A stretch of 64,000 nt of DNA from Tubiluchus corallicola (taxonomy: Eukaryota; Animalia; Priapulida): positions 1 through 64,000 of the forward strand of contig JAQGDQ010000582.1 in the NCBI GenBank assembly GCA_030141605.1, in the 5' to 3' direction. Below the pieces are notes generated by a model that worked only from the letters and a program-made list of their open reading frames with translations, had not been told where the DNA came from and did not search any database. Shown piece by piece: positions 11,601 through 25,327 of this stretch (its first letter is position 1; every line of letters begins with the position of its first letter). The position numbers were made by a program, and so were the translations under genes.

Positions 11601-14459
11601 TTTTGCATGATTTGTGTACATAAATAGAATAGCAAAGCAAAGCGATTTCATACAGTTCGGAAGAAATAGCGATGCTTTAAAAAAAATCAATGCGGTAATG
11701 ATACTCCTTCCTAGAGTAATATCGACACGACAATAATAAAAACAAATTTTTCTTACCGACAACAATCGCTTCCAATGATGTCATTTGTCTTCGAAGAAAG
11801 GTAGCAAAAGTATAAGTTTTTACAAAAAAAAACGATAGCAAATTTTGTCATATTTTTGCAAGAATCTTAGGTAAGCTGTAGAAGTTTGAATTACATGTAG
11901 TTTAAGCAGCGCGGGCTTACGCAAAGTCACGATGCACTTACGAAAAGTCACGAAGTCTCCCAGTTATCTCTTAATTTTCGGATGAATGGCAGGAACCACC
12001 ATTTCTATTCAGACGTAGTATGTTTTAAACTTATGCTTTATAGGCAGTTTGCGCAAATATCTTTGTTATATTTTTTTAGTTTAAAAGATAACAGTAAAAT
12101 AAACACAACATGCTCAGTGACTTGTTCTTTCCTTTAAATAGCATATATGAATAATTATAAACAGATAAATAATATATTATCAATTTGCATTTAGAGAGGA
12201 AAGAAATTTAATGACATTAATTTAATGGGTGAGTTAACGTTACCTTTTAACAGTATTTCCAAAATTTTTGTAAAATATACAAAAACAGCGCAAGAGAAAA
12301 TAATAGTAAAGAAGTGCAAATGCAATATATGAAAATTCGAAAGCAAGCTAAAAATGTACTTATATCTGTAAAATACATTACCTAAATGACTTATAATACT
12401 AGTGAGGTTATACACGGCTTGAACAAGTTGATCAGAGAAGAACAGCAAATTATTCTGCCAACAGTCATCATCCAAACCCGTAACACGGCACACTTTTCTA
12501 AAAAGCATCGGAATAAAATTATTAACCGTGTACCCTTGAGAAATCAAAATAAGTCAGTTAAACACGATGTAATACAGTAAGCCTTTTTGCAGTTTCATTG
12601 CGTGCATGCGCAGTTGCTGCAGGTTAAAGATTAAGTGTACCACAGCAATGCGTCTTAACTACAACCGTCATGTGAAGTGTGTGTGTGTGTGTGTAAAGCA
12701 AAGCCGTCTGCTGAATCAGTTTAGTAACTTCAGTTGTTTTATGTGGACTTTACTTAATCATGCATTAGTCTGGGTGTAGAGTGATTTACTAGCAGGATTT
12801 TGCTTGGAAACAAGAAAAAATGAACTAGGCAACATTCTAGATAGCTGTTAAAAGAATGTGTGTGGGAGTGTGAATGCATGCACGTATATGTGTGCATGTG
12901 TACAAATAAAGCTAATATTCAATATTAGTGTTTAATTACAGACGACTATTTGCTTATCTATAAGATTCAGTTTTAGTAACACATCACAAGAAGTTATTGT
13001 CAAATGTGCAAAGCGCAATACGGCCCAGTTAAAAAGCAACTACGTAGTGAAAGGGTTAATTAATTGCTACATCTGATTAACCTGCCTAAAGCTTATTCTT
13101 GTTTATTTTGCTTTACTTATCGTTTTGTTATTGATTTTTTGCATTATTTGCTTTGCATGGTTTAATTATTTTGCAGCTTCATTAAGCTGGCCAAAAACTG
13201 TTTTGTGACAGGAAAATTAGATTGCAAGCATATAACTGACATATTTTGCTTTAATTGTTGTTTTGATATTGCTTTTTTTTCAATATTTGCTATGCATGGC
13301 TTATTTTACAGATTGATTAACTGATCAAAAATATTTTGCGATAAATTTGTAATCAAGCATGTAATTAAATTTAATGCCGGTCCTGTTTATTTCATTTCGC
13401 TTTTGTTTCAAATTATGTTGCTTTTTTTATTTGCATTGCATGGTTTAGTTCTTGCTGATTAATGAATTATTGTTCATAATTTAATATTTCATTGCATAAA
13501 TTGTTATCATAATCATTATTACACTGGAGGCAGTTCTATTTTGTTTTGTTTAAAAGCTCTTTATGTTTTGTTACTGTAGATAATTAGCTTTGCATGATTT
13601 ATTTGCTTGAGTAAGTCCATTATTATATTTTGCTTTTACGTTTTTTCCTGTCTACTTGAAAATCATGAATTACTTTACAGCTCTACCTTGATTTGGTCAC
13701 TTGAAATTCTACTGCTTCGTTTTATTTTATTTGATTTCATAAGAAGCATGCTTCACTTGTAATCTTAATATCTTCACAGAATAAGGATGGTTTGACTTGA
13801 TGACTGCTTTTGCTCTTTCACCATCCTTTTTCCACAATTAAGCAACTTATTATTGTACTAATTTATGATGTTAGGACATAATACTATGGAAATAAACTAT
13901 ATCTGAATCTGTGTTTCATAACTAGCAGCCATTTAAGTCTACAGCACTGAACACACTGCAGTACTTAATGATTTGAACTTAAAATGACACTTTTTTTGTT
14001 GTTGCATAAATTACTTACTTCAGTAACATTTTTGTCATTTGAAATAAGTTATCATATCTTCTAATAAATGGATTATACTTATTGAATCGTTGGAAAAAAG
14101 TATCGTGTCGCCCAATTTTTGTTAACAACCCCAAACAGTTTGTTTAAGACTCTGTGTATTTGATATTATTATACCTATTATTACAGTTCACAGTAACATA
14201 CATAGTAAGAATTCAAGCAGAGTTTAGCATTAACAGTTCTTATACGTCGTCTGAAGTAAGTTGCACGTGAACACTAATAGTAATACCCTAAAACTATGGA
14301 TCAATCGTAAGAGAATGGCAAAAGAAAAAATACGTACGAGCAAACAGGTGTGTAAGCGCTACACATTATAACCAGTGATAAAAGCAACAATAAAATGACT
14401 AGACTTGAATCAAAAGGATTAGCGAAAGACTTCCTGCAGATCTCAACTCTAGGAAACAT
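8660..14459 (-). CDS. Uncharacterised 216-aa type I membrane protein (signal peptide, Cys-containing ectodomain, one TM helix, short tail); 5 coding exons
   Basis: Exons 14459-14338, 12497-12382, 10384-10239, 9881-9828, 8872-8660; all introns GT-AG, phases 2,1,0,0 join into one 651-nt open frame: MFPRVEICRKSFANPFDSSLVILLLLLSLVIMCSAYTPVCSKVCRVTGLDDDCWQNN...AIFDVFASCYEGVPSCLLVWDTVNSTDYQELLYNCPLPLDYPNKMWSWLAIVCIIVSFLVTVSILLYAESLRRESRQLRLMYYQSAVD*. Confidence 0.75.
9271..9475 (-). pseudogene. Degenerate THAP zinc-finger coding relic (probably transposon-derived) in intron 4 of the membrane-protein gene
   Basis: Across one frameshift reads ..PWYPERLKEVRLISFPNPKKHLDKCHRW../..HEQLNLFKINKNPAVCSK, matching the THAP pattern FP..K....W.....VCSKH; N-terminal Cys region has stops. 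Confidence 0.55.
11350..12133 (+). mobile_element. MITE family C, copy 2 (longer variant)
   Basis: Homologous to 7140-7670 with an extra internal segment; ends TTCTTTCCT-TTAA. Confidence 0.75.
12580..12853. mobile_element. MITE family A, partial inverted copy
   Basis: Begins ta-AGCCTTTTTGCAGTTT; reverse complement of the right part of 62251-62623. Confidence 0.7.
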
Positions 14460-14835
14460 TGCTGTTATTAAGTTCAGAAGTAATCATTCACAAGCATTGA
14501 TGGCTCGTATGCTGCCACTACATGTGTTACGTATTTTGCGTAAAATACTTGATTAAAAGGGCAAAAATGCAAATTATCGTTGTTTCATCACAAACCATGC
14601 ATCAAACTGCAGCCATGTTTGTTTACATCTACCAGGCGCAACCTACCAAACCAACTAAAGAAAATAAAAAAATATAAACAGAAAGAATAGGAAACAACAG
14701 ACATAGTAAGAAAGTAGAAAATCCTGAAAGAGTTTTGCTCGTCACTAGAAAAATGTTGGGATATTGTTAATTAATTATAATTGCTTTTTCAATTATTTGT
14801 GTCCGTGGAAGGTCGTCAGCAAAAAGAAACGAGCC
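14460..14835. promoter_or_regulatory. Putative bidirectional promoter between the membrane-protein gene and NFU1
   Basis: Two start codons point away from each other with 376 bp between them; YY1-like AAACATGGCTGC on the - strand near 14609-14620. Confidence 0.55.
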
Positions 14836-17800
14836 ATGGCGACGAATGTTTGTAGCCAAGTTTTGCAACGTAAAATGCAAAGGTATTTTAGTTTAATTTT
14901 ATAAAAATGTTAGGCTATGAGAGAATTGTTACAGCTTACAGGCTGTAGCAAAGAGCTAGGCTATGAAATATCTTTATGTCAGTACTATTTGTGTTGGGCG
15001 CCAAGTAACCCACTAGACTGGACTACATTCAGGGGTGATCGTGACTTCATTACTGCAGTTCAAGATGCGATTCTGACTCAACACATAGACGCGCCAACGC
15101 GTGGATCAAACATACTTGACTTAGTCCTCTCAACCGATCCACTTCTTATTTTACATGCTGAGGTCCGCGAATGCCTTGGAATGTCAGATCATGCAATCAT
15201 TACATGGTGTACACTTTGCAACTCAATGATTTACTCCAGTGCAAAACCAAAATATAACTACTTTAAAACAGACCACATGGCAATAGCCGGCAAATTCCTT
15301 GCAGTCCTTTGGAGTCACCTGATGGTAGACCTGAATACTGATGGCTGTTGGCAACTACTTTTAAACAGGCTTAAATGTTTTATCTCGCTGCGTACTCCAC
15401 ACTACACACCTCAGTCTAAATCCAAGCCACAGTGATTTAACAAGCAGTGTGAATAAGCAATCAGGTAAAAACGTAAAGCCTACATAAAATATACTACAAT
15501 ATTACAGCAATGATCCTTATGACCATGAAACATATGCTAGACAACAGCCGTCCACTCAATGAACAATTTGTAATGCAAAAAGACAATTTGAGGACATACC
15601 TCACGACTCCAGATCGTTTTGGAAGTATTTGAATCAATCACGTGTAAACAAGCCAGTGGTTGGACCACTTATATACAATAACGGAAGTACTACCACTGAT
15701 CCTGGTAAAATGGCAGATCTGCTCAATGCACAGTTATGCAGGGTATATACCAGGGAAGATTTATCTGTGATGCCAACTATAGAATCTAAGACACTGGATA
15801 CACTGGAGGATATTAACTTGCACCAACATTTAGTCCACAAAGCTTCTCCAGGACCTGATCAGACACATCCTTTTTTTAATCAAGACCTATGCATTAGCTA
15901 AACCATTATTGCTACTTTACAAGAAATCATTTGAAAGTGGAATTGTACTTGATGACTGTCAAGAAAAGTCCAATTCACAAAAAGGGACCAAGAAGTTTAC
16001 CTGCAAATTATAGACCATTGCTATCAGTAGTATTATTTGCAAAGTCCTAGAGAGGCTAATAATAAGCCAAATTATACAGGTCTAGACTTCCAACAACTAA
16101 TCAGTTCATCACAGCATGGTTTCCTAAAGGACAGATCTGTCACAAGTAACCTTCTGGTATTTTTTTAATTTGTTTTCTCCAAGCTTGAACAAGGAATGCG
16201 TGTTGACTTAGCTAAAGCCTTCGACAAAATTCCTCATGCCAAACTGATGATCAAACTTTGATATAGCAGGAAAGTTACTTGAGTGGATTGGTAGTGGCTG
16301 ACTAATCGTATCCAGTACATAGAGATCCAGAGTGAGGCATCGGTTACATCTTCTGTTCTGTCTGGGGTCCTGCAAAGGAGTGTGCTGGGCTCTTTGAAGT
16401 TCCTATTGTGCATCGATGACATAGACCATGATCTAACTTCCAACATTCTGTTGTTTGCTGATGACACAAAATTGGCACAATCTGTACCTGAAATCTTCAA
16501 ATTCAGGAACTTCAGTAGGGCCTTGACAATATCTCTCAATGGTCACACACTTGGCAAATCGAGTTTAATACTCAAGATTCCAAATGCAAAACTCTTCATG
16601 TTGGTAGAAACAACAGACAGGTTTAGTACACATTCAACAGTGATAGTTGACCCAATGTAGATAAGATGACTGACTTAGGACTATTAACCGATGACGCACT
16701 GAATTTCCTTAGCCACATTACAAGCAAAGCTAAAAATGCAACCAAATCCTCAGTATGATAGCTAAAACCATTACATCCCGCAATGCAAAAGTCATACTTC
16801 CTCTTTACAAGACATTGGTACGACCACATCTGGAATGTCTTAGCCAAGTATGGAACCCGCACTTTATCAAAGATATGAATCAACTCGAAAGAGTACAAGA
16901 GGGTACAGTCAACATGATTGAAGGACACAACGGCTGACATTACGATCAGAAACTAAGAAACCTGCAACTGTACAGACTCTCTGCAAGAAGGCGTAGAGAC
17001 AGGCTCATAGAACATAATAAGTACTATTTGATCAAATGATCGGCACAGCATGCTATGTACATGAATTTATAGTAGAACTGAATTGTGATGGCTTATTCGA
17101 TAATGTTCTGTACATTACACCATACATTATCGACAGTAATGGTTTTTCACTTAGTCTTGTGACAAAAAACAATGGCTAACTTTATCAGCAAGTTTTCTCA
17201 AGGTTATGTTTTCAGTGTGTAGCGTGCACCTCAACTTCAATGTGTGTTATCTCAGCTTAGAAATAACATAGAGCGATGAGCTTGGTATGAAAATGATCCT
17301 CATGAAATGGAGATTCAGGATATGTGAATAACTAGAAAAGCCTAATTGCTGACTTATGGACGATTTTGCTATACAGACACACATGTGATAAATGGATCAC
17401 TGACTGTAAACTACTTTATAAAAGAAAATGACCAATTAATAATCCAACGCTTGGCAATTGATTCGATATATTCCAAAATGTTTATGCGAATGTGTATATT
17501 GTGTCTGCAGTTTCTAGTCACTTGCCTGAAAAACCCCTGTGTTTATGTGTTACATGGAACAATATTGGCTGTAATGGCATGTAAAATACTTACTGTGAAA
17601 TTAAGTTATAAGGATCACCGACTGTAAACTACTTTTTAAAAGAAAATGACCAATTAATAATCCGACACCTGGCAATTGATTCGATACTTTGCAAAATGTT
17701 TATGCGAATATATATTGTGTCTGCAGTTTCTAGTCACTTGCCTGAAAACCCCTATGTTTATGTGCTACACGGAACAATATTGGCAGTAATGGCATGTAAA

Positions 17801-20800
17801 ATACTTACTGTGAAATTGTGTTATAAGCTTTTTTTGAGCTATGTTAGTGGTCTGGTCGAGTGTCGTTATTCTAGCTCAGTGTCTTGGATTCGAGTCTACT
17901 GCCTTCTTTTGCAATACATTCTGGTAGATAAACTTTTCTGAATGCTTTTACATTACAGGTTGTTCTGCCGATCACTACTACAACGCACTTTGTCTACCAG
18001 ATGCTCAAAATTCACTAGCTGTGAGCCTTTTCAAATGGCACATCTATCTAGTCTGGCACACAGAAGATGTCTTTTAAGTCCCCAAACTTCGCTTACTCGG
18101 ATTTTGACCTTGAGCTTTGCTCAACAAAGTGAGTTACAAACACTTGGGTACCGTATAACATTACTTCTAAGTCATTTTATGTATATGATCTTTTATATAC
18201 TCTGCAAGCCATGATACAGCGGCCAACTTAAGGTAGATATAGTCGTGGCTGGATTGGAAACTAGCTCTGGGATGGAGCCTTGGAATGTTATCAAAGAGCC
18301 TAAGCCGTGCTCAGATCATGCATGCCTGCTGTTAGAAGGAAGATTCGTTGGGGTAAGTATGGCAGATATTAACCTGTCCAGAAACAATTTTCTGGTGGCC
18401 GTCATCCATATACCAAGGAGGCTTAGTATTGCCAAATTTAATTGTGTAATGTGACATGCAGCATCTCTTCAATTGCAACAATACATCAGGTTTCATTAAA
18501 TGACATGAGTTGCAAAATTTTATATATTATATATACTGAATATTGCAAAAAGCTAATTTTATTTCCAAAATCTATTATTCATTTTTTTAGCTTACAACTT
18601 ATATATTGCTAATGATGACGGTTTTTTTATTTACCAGCATGTCAAAACAACTTTTTCCTGAATGAATTGTACCTTCAATTTACACTGTGCTGGTATAATT
18701 TCAAGCATTTCAACCGTTTGTTCGATCGACCTTCTAACTGAGAACTTCGAAATTAATCATAGCTGATTTATATGTTGTCATTGATAAAGAAATTGCTGAT
18801 TTGAATATTTTATCATTTTAGGTCAGTCGATGTTTATTCAAACTCAGGAAACTCCCAATCCCAACAGCATAAAGTTTTATCCCGGCTGTGAAGTGCTTGA
18901 ACAGGGAACTATTGATTTTCCGAACGCTACAGCTGCCCACAGTTCATTTTTAGCAAGGTAAACACATTCAGTTGTTATCCTAAAATGTCTGCATAGCTGA
19001 CGTACATGCATATGCTAAAGCACAAGCATATTTTATATGGATATTTTAACTCGCTACTAAAGTTATGAACTTCAGTGGCATAGTACTTGTGAAACGGTTT
19101 CTAGCCTAGTTCCTCTTGCAAATCAGTCTTACAGACTTGAGAAAGTGAGACGGTGTGGAGCTTTTCTAACCTCATTTGTGTCACTATGACTATGTGAACA
19201 TGCCCTAAATGTTTTAGTTTCACACCGATTTTCACCAATGTGAACAGATGCAAAAGTTGTGGAACAAGTAAGAACAGCATTCCCTTATGGAGTTATTGAT
19301 GCTTAAATATGTCATGCAGAAGTTGTAGAAGCCTTTAAAAATGGAGATTGTTCGAGCCCATAGTCTTTGTCTCCTAGCTGATAAATGTGTAACTGATAGA
19401 CAGAGAATACTGCCTAGTAAGAATATTTAATAGCTGTTGAACACTAGATTGCAATGACCGCAGGATACTGAGATTTCAATGCAAAATCGTATCCACTAGT
19501 GGGCGGATGGTGTCATTGCAAGAGTTAGATGTGCATTGGTGGTGCGCGGAGTTCTATCTCCTATCCCAATGCATGTCTGTATTCAGATCAATCTATGTAG
19601 TCTATACGTCTTCAACATTGTTAAGCAATCTTCATATTTTCCGAACTCTGTTAACTTCTGGTTGCAGCAGACCAAGAATTTTGTAGCAAAACTTCTACTA
19701 AGCACTCCATGTGCTTGTTATTTTTCCAAACATTGAATTTCCAATTAATACAGGCTGGACTCAAAAAAACTAAACTTTTTTTTAAAACAGGGTCATAGAG
19801 CCAAGAATTGGTGCCCAGTTTAACATTTAAGTTAGAAACATTTTAGCACTTGCCTGCTAATTTTTGCTAAGAAAGTCTTAAAAGCAAATATTTTATGCTT
19901 CAAACATTTGTCATGAAGCCAATAAAAATAAAAAAACAAATTATCTGCATTATTGTGTGTCTGCATTGCATTGATTTTCGTATGATTATATTGACAATAA
20001 AGCTATCGTTGGCTGAAAAAAGTAATTGAAATGTCAAAAACATATCGAACAGTTTTTTTAAAGTAAGTAAAAACAAATCTCTAAGAATAAATTATAGTTT
20101 TTTTGTTTCTTTAGAAAATTTGAATTTTTTTATTTAAACTAAATTAAAATCCCCAAATTTTGCATTTTTTATTTAAAACTTAGTATCATTCATAATACAT
20201 GCTGATATAATGCATCTGTTTTTAAGGTAAAAACTTTTACTCCAATACAAAGAGAAATAAATATTTATGAAATGAATTTTGTAAAAGGGCTGTCTTTTTG
20301 CCCACATGATATAATTGCCAGGGATGTTAGTAAAAGCATTAGCTGTATAACAGTTCTAACATTACTCTAGGATATGTCATAGTTTTAACTATGTATTGTG
20401 CATTTCTTGTATGTATTTTTTCATTTCTACTTGTAATTTTAGGCAGCTGTTTAAAATAGATGGCGTCAAGTCGGTGTTTTTTGGCCAGGACTTCATTACC
20501 GTCACAAGGGTATGTATGTAAGGGCTACACTCAACTTTTCTTATATTTTTACTTTACATGATCCAGTCTTTCCCTCGGGTTTCTTATCTGTGGAATTCTC
20601 TCACAGAAAATTGCTTCCCTTTTATTACAACTTCAACAAAGAAAAACAGCAACAGGTGTAGTTTCTCATTAGTAAATTTGATATAAGCTTTCTGTTTTCC
20701 TGCATTTGCTTAATCATATTTTTCACTGCAGCCTTGAGCGAACACTGTTCTCTCTGAATGTATTTGAATAAAAAAATGCAGCTGGTTTGGTGAACCATTG

Positions 20801-23800
20801 CTCTGTTACTATGTTAAACTACAGCTTGATTCTATATCCCTTGTCTAAATGTAATTGTGCATTACTGATTTTTTTGCTTGTAAATATTTGCGACTTTGCT
20901 TGGATGTTAGTTGTTCCAGGACTGTTACAGGAAATTCTACAAGGACATTGTGGCAGTTACAAATATTTTTTATCACTTCCACTCGTTTACTTCCATGCAT
21001 TTTTTTTTGATGAAATAGGGTTCTTCACATATTGCCCCGGAGTAATCATGTCTGTGGTGTGAACCTGAAGATTTGTCTGTTTAAATCAGTTTGAGAATCA
21101 AATGTACTGTCAATGGCAATATACACCATTTTTTATACAGGGTGTTCGGAAAGTCACTGTACACTTTTCTAATCATGTTTTTTTTATATTTCAGTTTTTG
21201 ATCCTTACAATATAAGAAGGATGCAAGCCTGTACTGATGCTAACAGTGTCACTTTCAACATTGTTTATAATTGTCATTCATATTTACCTCCTGTATTCTA
21301 TTTTCAAACATGTCTGTTAATAAACGTATAAGTGCACAGTGACTTTCTGAACACCCTGTATTTTAGACAAGGTCATTTAATGTTTCATTTTCTCGTTTGT
21401 TTAAAGCTTGACGATGATTTTGACTGGAAAGTTATGAAGCCAGAAATATTTGCGACAATAATGGATTTCTTCGCATCCGGTCTGCCAGTTCTGACCGAGT
21501 CGAATCCTTCGGCAGAAACTTACGTTGACCCCGACGACAGTGAAACCGTGCAGATGATTAAAGAGCTGTTGGACACTCGGATTCGTCCGACCGTTCAAGA
21601 AGACGGAGGGGACATTGTTTATGTGGTATTTTTTTTTAGAAGTTTTAAGCATGAATTTAGTTAACAGATTGATTCTTGAACCTGTTTTGCATTTGGCACT
21701 GGGGAAATTGCTTATAGACAGCCATCAAAGCACAATAAGCCAATTCAAAAAAGGTTATTTCAAAAATTTTTGGAAAAATTTTTACAAACATCGATTTAGA
21801 CAGCGATTTAAAGTTAATTTGTTTAAAAAATAGAAGGAAATACAAGTTGCTTTTAATATATAATTGCTTTTGTATGAAAGCAAATATAATTGCTTTTGTA
21901 TAACAAGTTAATTAAGTTGCGGCCATTTGACTTTGCCATCCGACCGCATAATTTGCATAATAAACTAATAGCCACTCCAAAACCTTACCAGCCATTGAAA
22001 TACAAGCTGCTATATTTGGCACTGAAGACAATACCTGGAGAATATAAGTCTATTTCTTTACAATTAGTATGCATTTATTTGTGGTGTGTTATTATGTGCA
22101 AAGTTGCTAGCATTCTGTGGTTTTTTTAATTTGGAATGATTTCACAGTTTGATCAGACTAGCAGTTATTATTATTTTTGCAGCATGAGACAGTAACCTGG
22201 CTGTTAGATACATGTAGTACAGCAATTTCTGTACTTTTCACTTACTAATAATCAGTATGCTGTCAGACTTTGTCTTTCAATCAGTGCCAAATTCATTGCA
22301 AATTCAGTGCCTGAATAAACCAGCAAGTGTGCCCTATAATTATGTGCTCAGCTACTGACTGGGGATGCTTGCCGTCACTTCAATAGCTCACTGGACCATC
22401 ATTATAATTAGCTACATCCAGCACAGGGCAGACTCACCTGCAGGTAGCTGTTACATTCCTGTACAAGTTTCATAACACCTTAGCGCATTTGAACAGAGCT
22501 CTGTCAAATTTACAACTTAGAGTGATTTGAATACTTTCTGCAAATTCTTGTGTAGAAAAGAATGCCCTTTTGTGTTGAACAGTTTCAGATAGAAGCTATC
22601 ATTTGGAAACTAAAAGGCCAAAATTTTGTGAAAATTTTACAGACTTTTTGTATTATCCTGTTAATTGCTTAACTAAATAAAAAGGTCAAAGCACTTTATG
22701 TACAGTGTTGGAAAGAAAATTTAATTCTCTTTCAGAAAATATGTAGTTTTGCACTAGTATCCCATGCAGTAAAACCATTATGGGCATTTTTGTAGGGAGA
22801 TGTCAAAACTAGACAAATATTCATCATCGTGAAAGAGTCAATTAATTAATTATACAAAACCGTTTATTTTAACTCATATTTCCTTCTATTTTTTAAAGAA
22901 ATTAACTTTAAATCACTGTCTATTTCAATAAATCCATCTGTAGGTGCCGCCATACTTAGTGCACATACACACACAACGTCTTGCGTGTAGGGGCATCGTA
23001 GGGGTCTGACTTGCATTCAGTTTGTCACACGATTAATTCACTAGAATGTAAATACTAGTAAAACCTCTGAAAAATGCTACCGAAAATTATCCGAAATTTC
23101 GGCTACGAAACTTAATAAATTTTGCCGAAAGTGCAAAAAACTGAAAATTTCGTTTCGGTAACATCCCTAATTGTAAGAAACCTTTTTATTTTGTGCTTCT
23201 GCAGTTAAAAGTCGTTTTTTATAAAGATGTCTTTTTCTCTACAGGGTTTTGAGCCAGAATCAGGCATAGTAAAACTAAAGATGCAAGGTTCGTGTACAAG
23301 CTGTCCCAGTTCTACCGTGACGCTGAAGAACGGAGTTCAGAACATGCTGCAGTTCTATATTCCAGAAGTGACAGGTGTAGAACAGGTACTAACTAATACC
23401 TAAGCACATTAGATTAACCCTACGACTCCATGTGCACATAATGCGTGATCTGTGATCAGCAATGTATGACGCATGTTGGCTGTTTCCATGTGTCCATAAG
23501 CGCTATACATATTAACAAAACCCACGGCGCTGTTTCCTCCATTTTTTGTCGCTATTCATGAAAATTGCAAGCAGTAATTTTTGCAAACCATGTCTCTGTC
23601 AAAATTTAACCGTGATAATTACAGCTGCACCATTAGCTTATTATTGTACTATTAGGCTAAAAAATTCAAAAGAAAGCACATGTTTTGGGTGCACAACATT
23701 TTGCAGAGGAGAGAACAATACGGCATGTATCATCATCTAGTGAAAAAACTGTAGTTAGGTGCACAACACATAACTACATGCTTCTTCCACCTCTCAAAAA

Positions 23801-24169
23801 CTGAAATAGAAAAGGGTGTTATTGTTTATATCTCCCTAACTCTTTTCATGTATTTGTTAAAGTCAGAGATTCTGAATATTGAGCACTCGTTTAATCTTGG
23901 TGATCATTGTCCATAGAAATGAAAATTTTTAGTGGATTTTATTTTTATTAACTAGTACATTTGTTTATTTCCCATTGTATTTTTACCAAAACCGTTGTCA
24001 GAAACATGTATGGAGCTATCAATGCCCTTGTTAACAGCCTACACAATATTGTATCGTTTAACTGCAGGTTGAAGATGAATTAGAGTCATTGACACAGACT
24101 GAATTTGACAAGCTAGAAAAGAAGCTGCATGAGGATGACATACTGGCACCAGAACCATCAAGGAAGTGA
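14836..24169 (+). CDS. NFU1: NFU1 iron-sulfur cluster scaffold, mitochondrial (293 aa, 7 coding exons)
   Basis: Exons 14836-14882, 17959-18128, 18822-18957, 20443-20509, 21407-21625, 23245-23385, 24068-24169; all GT-AG with consistent phases (882 nt). Contains [56 protein letters not shown] and the NifU CxxC motif GSCTSCPSS. Exons 1-2 give an Arg/Ser/Leu-rich presequence and are less certain. Confidence 0.95.
14990..17030 (+). mobile_element. Decayed CR1-clade LINE in NFU1 intron 1
   Basis: [26 protein letters not shown] (endonuclease), [30 protein letters not shown] (RT), [21 protein letters not shown] (CR1 C-terminus); many stops and frameshifts. Confidence 0.9.
17394..17826. repeat. Tandem duplication of ~217 bp (2 diverged copies)
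   Basis: 17394-17611 and 17612-17826 both start GGATCACYGACTGTAAACTACTT and end GTTATAA. Confidence 0.9.
21138..21358. mobile_element. Tc1/mariner-type MITE
   Basis: ~29-bp TIRs CAGGGTGTTCGGAAAGTCACTGTACACTT / AAGTGCACAGTGACTTTCTGAACACCCTG, TA on both sides; ends 48 bp before NFU1 exon 5. Confidence 0.85.
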
Positions 24170-24321
24170 AGTATTTTCAAGTAAAAGACTTTTCTGTGAA
24201 GAGAAGAGGAAATTGCTTCTTTTGTCGAAATGTCAGTCGGTTAAAATGTGAATTGAGTTTAAGTATTCACCAAGTGCTGAACTACAGAGTTAAAAAGCTG
24301 GTGACGTATCATTGCTATTAA

Positions 24322-24821
24322 AGGAAAGAAAAAGTCATTCAGTATGTTGGGTTTATTTTACTGTTATCACTTGAACTTAGAAGAATATAGCAAAGAAATT
24401 TGCAAAAAAACTTTCTATAGAGCATAGTGGTTGCTGCCATTCGTTTGAAAATTATGAAATTATGATGTAACTGGGAGACTTCGCGAGTTTTCGTAAGCGC
24501 TTTGTGGTTTTCTGTGAGCCAGCGACTAAACTAATTCAAACTTCTGCAGCTTACCGAATATTCACGCAAAAATATTATGAAATTTGCGACCCGATTTTTT
24601 TGTAAAGATTGACAGCTCACCACTTTTCTTCAAAACAAATGACGTCATTGGAAGAAGAATTGGCATTGAAAATGGGAGCTCCCAAACATGAAGTGGTTAT
24701 GACTTAAAAGTGATTTTACTAATTACAGGAGACACTTGTCACACTTTTATTATTAAATCCTTGTAACATTTTTTGCGAACATTGAAATAATCCTCACATC
24801 CTAGAAACCTTAGCCTTTCCT
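24322..24821 (-). mobile_element. MITE family C, copy 3 (inverted), just downstream of the NFU1 stop
   Basis: TTAA-AGGAAAG ... CTTTCCT-TTAA; reverse complement of 7140-7670. Confidence 0.8.
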
Positions 24822-25327
24822 TTAAATGTTAAGTTCAAATTTGTTACATATGTCGACAGTTACTAGATTGTTGTATAAATGTACCAGTTTATCATCCTCT
24901 AATGCAGATTTTTGTAAAATGTTTTGTTTGCTACAAAGTGTAGTTTAACAAACGTAAATGGTATGTTGTTTCTGGTATATCTATAACTTATCGCGTTTGA
25001 TATTTTGTTTACAATAGATATTGATAGATTTGTAGTGTAAATAAAGATGTTAACAATCAACTTTTGTGACATCACAACATAACTAAGATATCATTTAATG
25101 TTTTAACAAAGTTTGCCTTAGAAAAATTATATTTTATTCTGTTTTGCATATTTTAAAGTGTAAATAAGAGTGTCCATTATAGTATCTAGAAAACTGTTCA
25201 GCAATTTTTTTATTTGACAGATTTTCACATAATTTGATTCAGCAAAATTGATAGTGTCAAGGTGTCAGCAAATGTTCAATTTTTATTGAATTAATTTTTG
25301 ATTAGAATTTAAATCAGGAGTCCTTAA

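Noticed and set aside
12498-12547. ORF-track extension of exon 2 and a possible non-canonical intron
   Set aside because: A canonical TTTTTAG acceptor at 12498 restores phase with exon 1.
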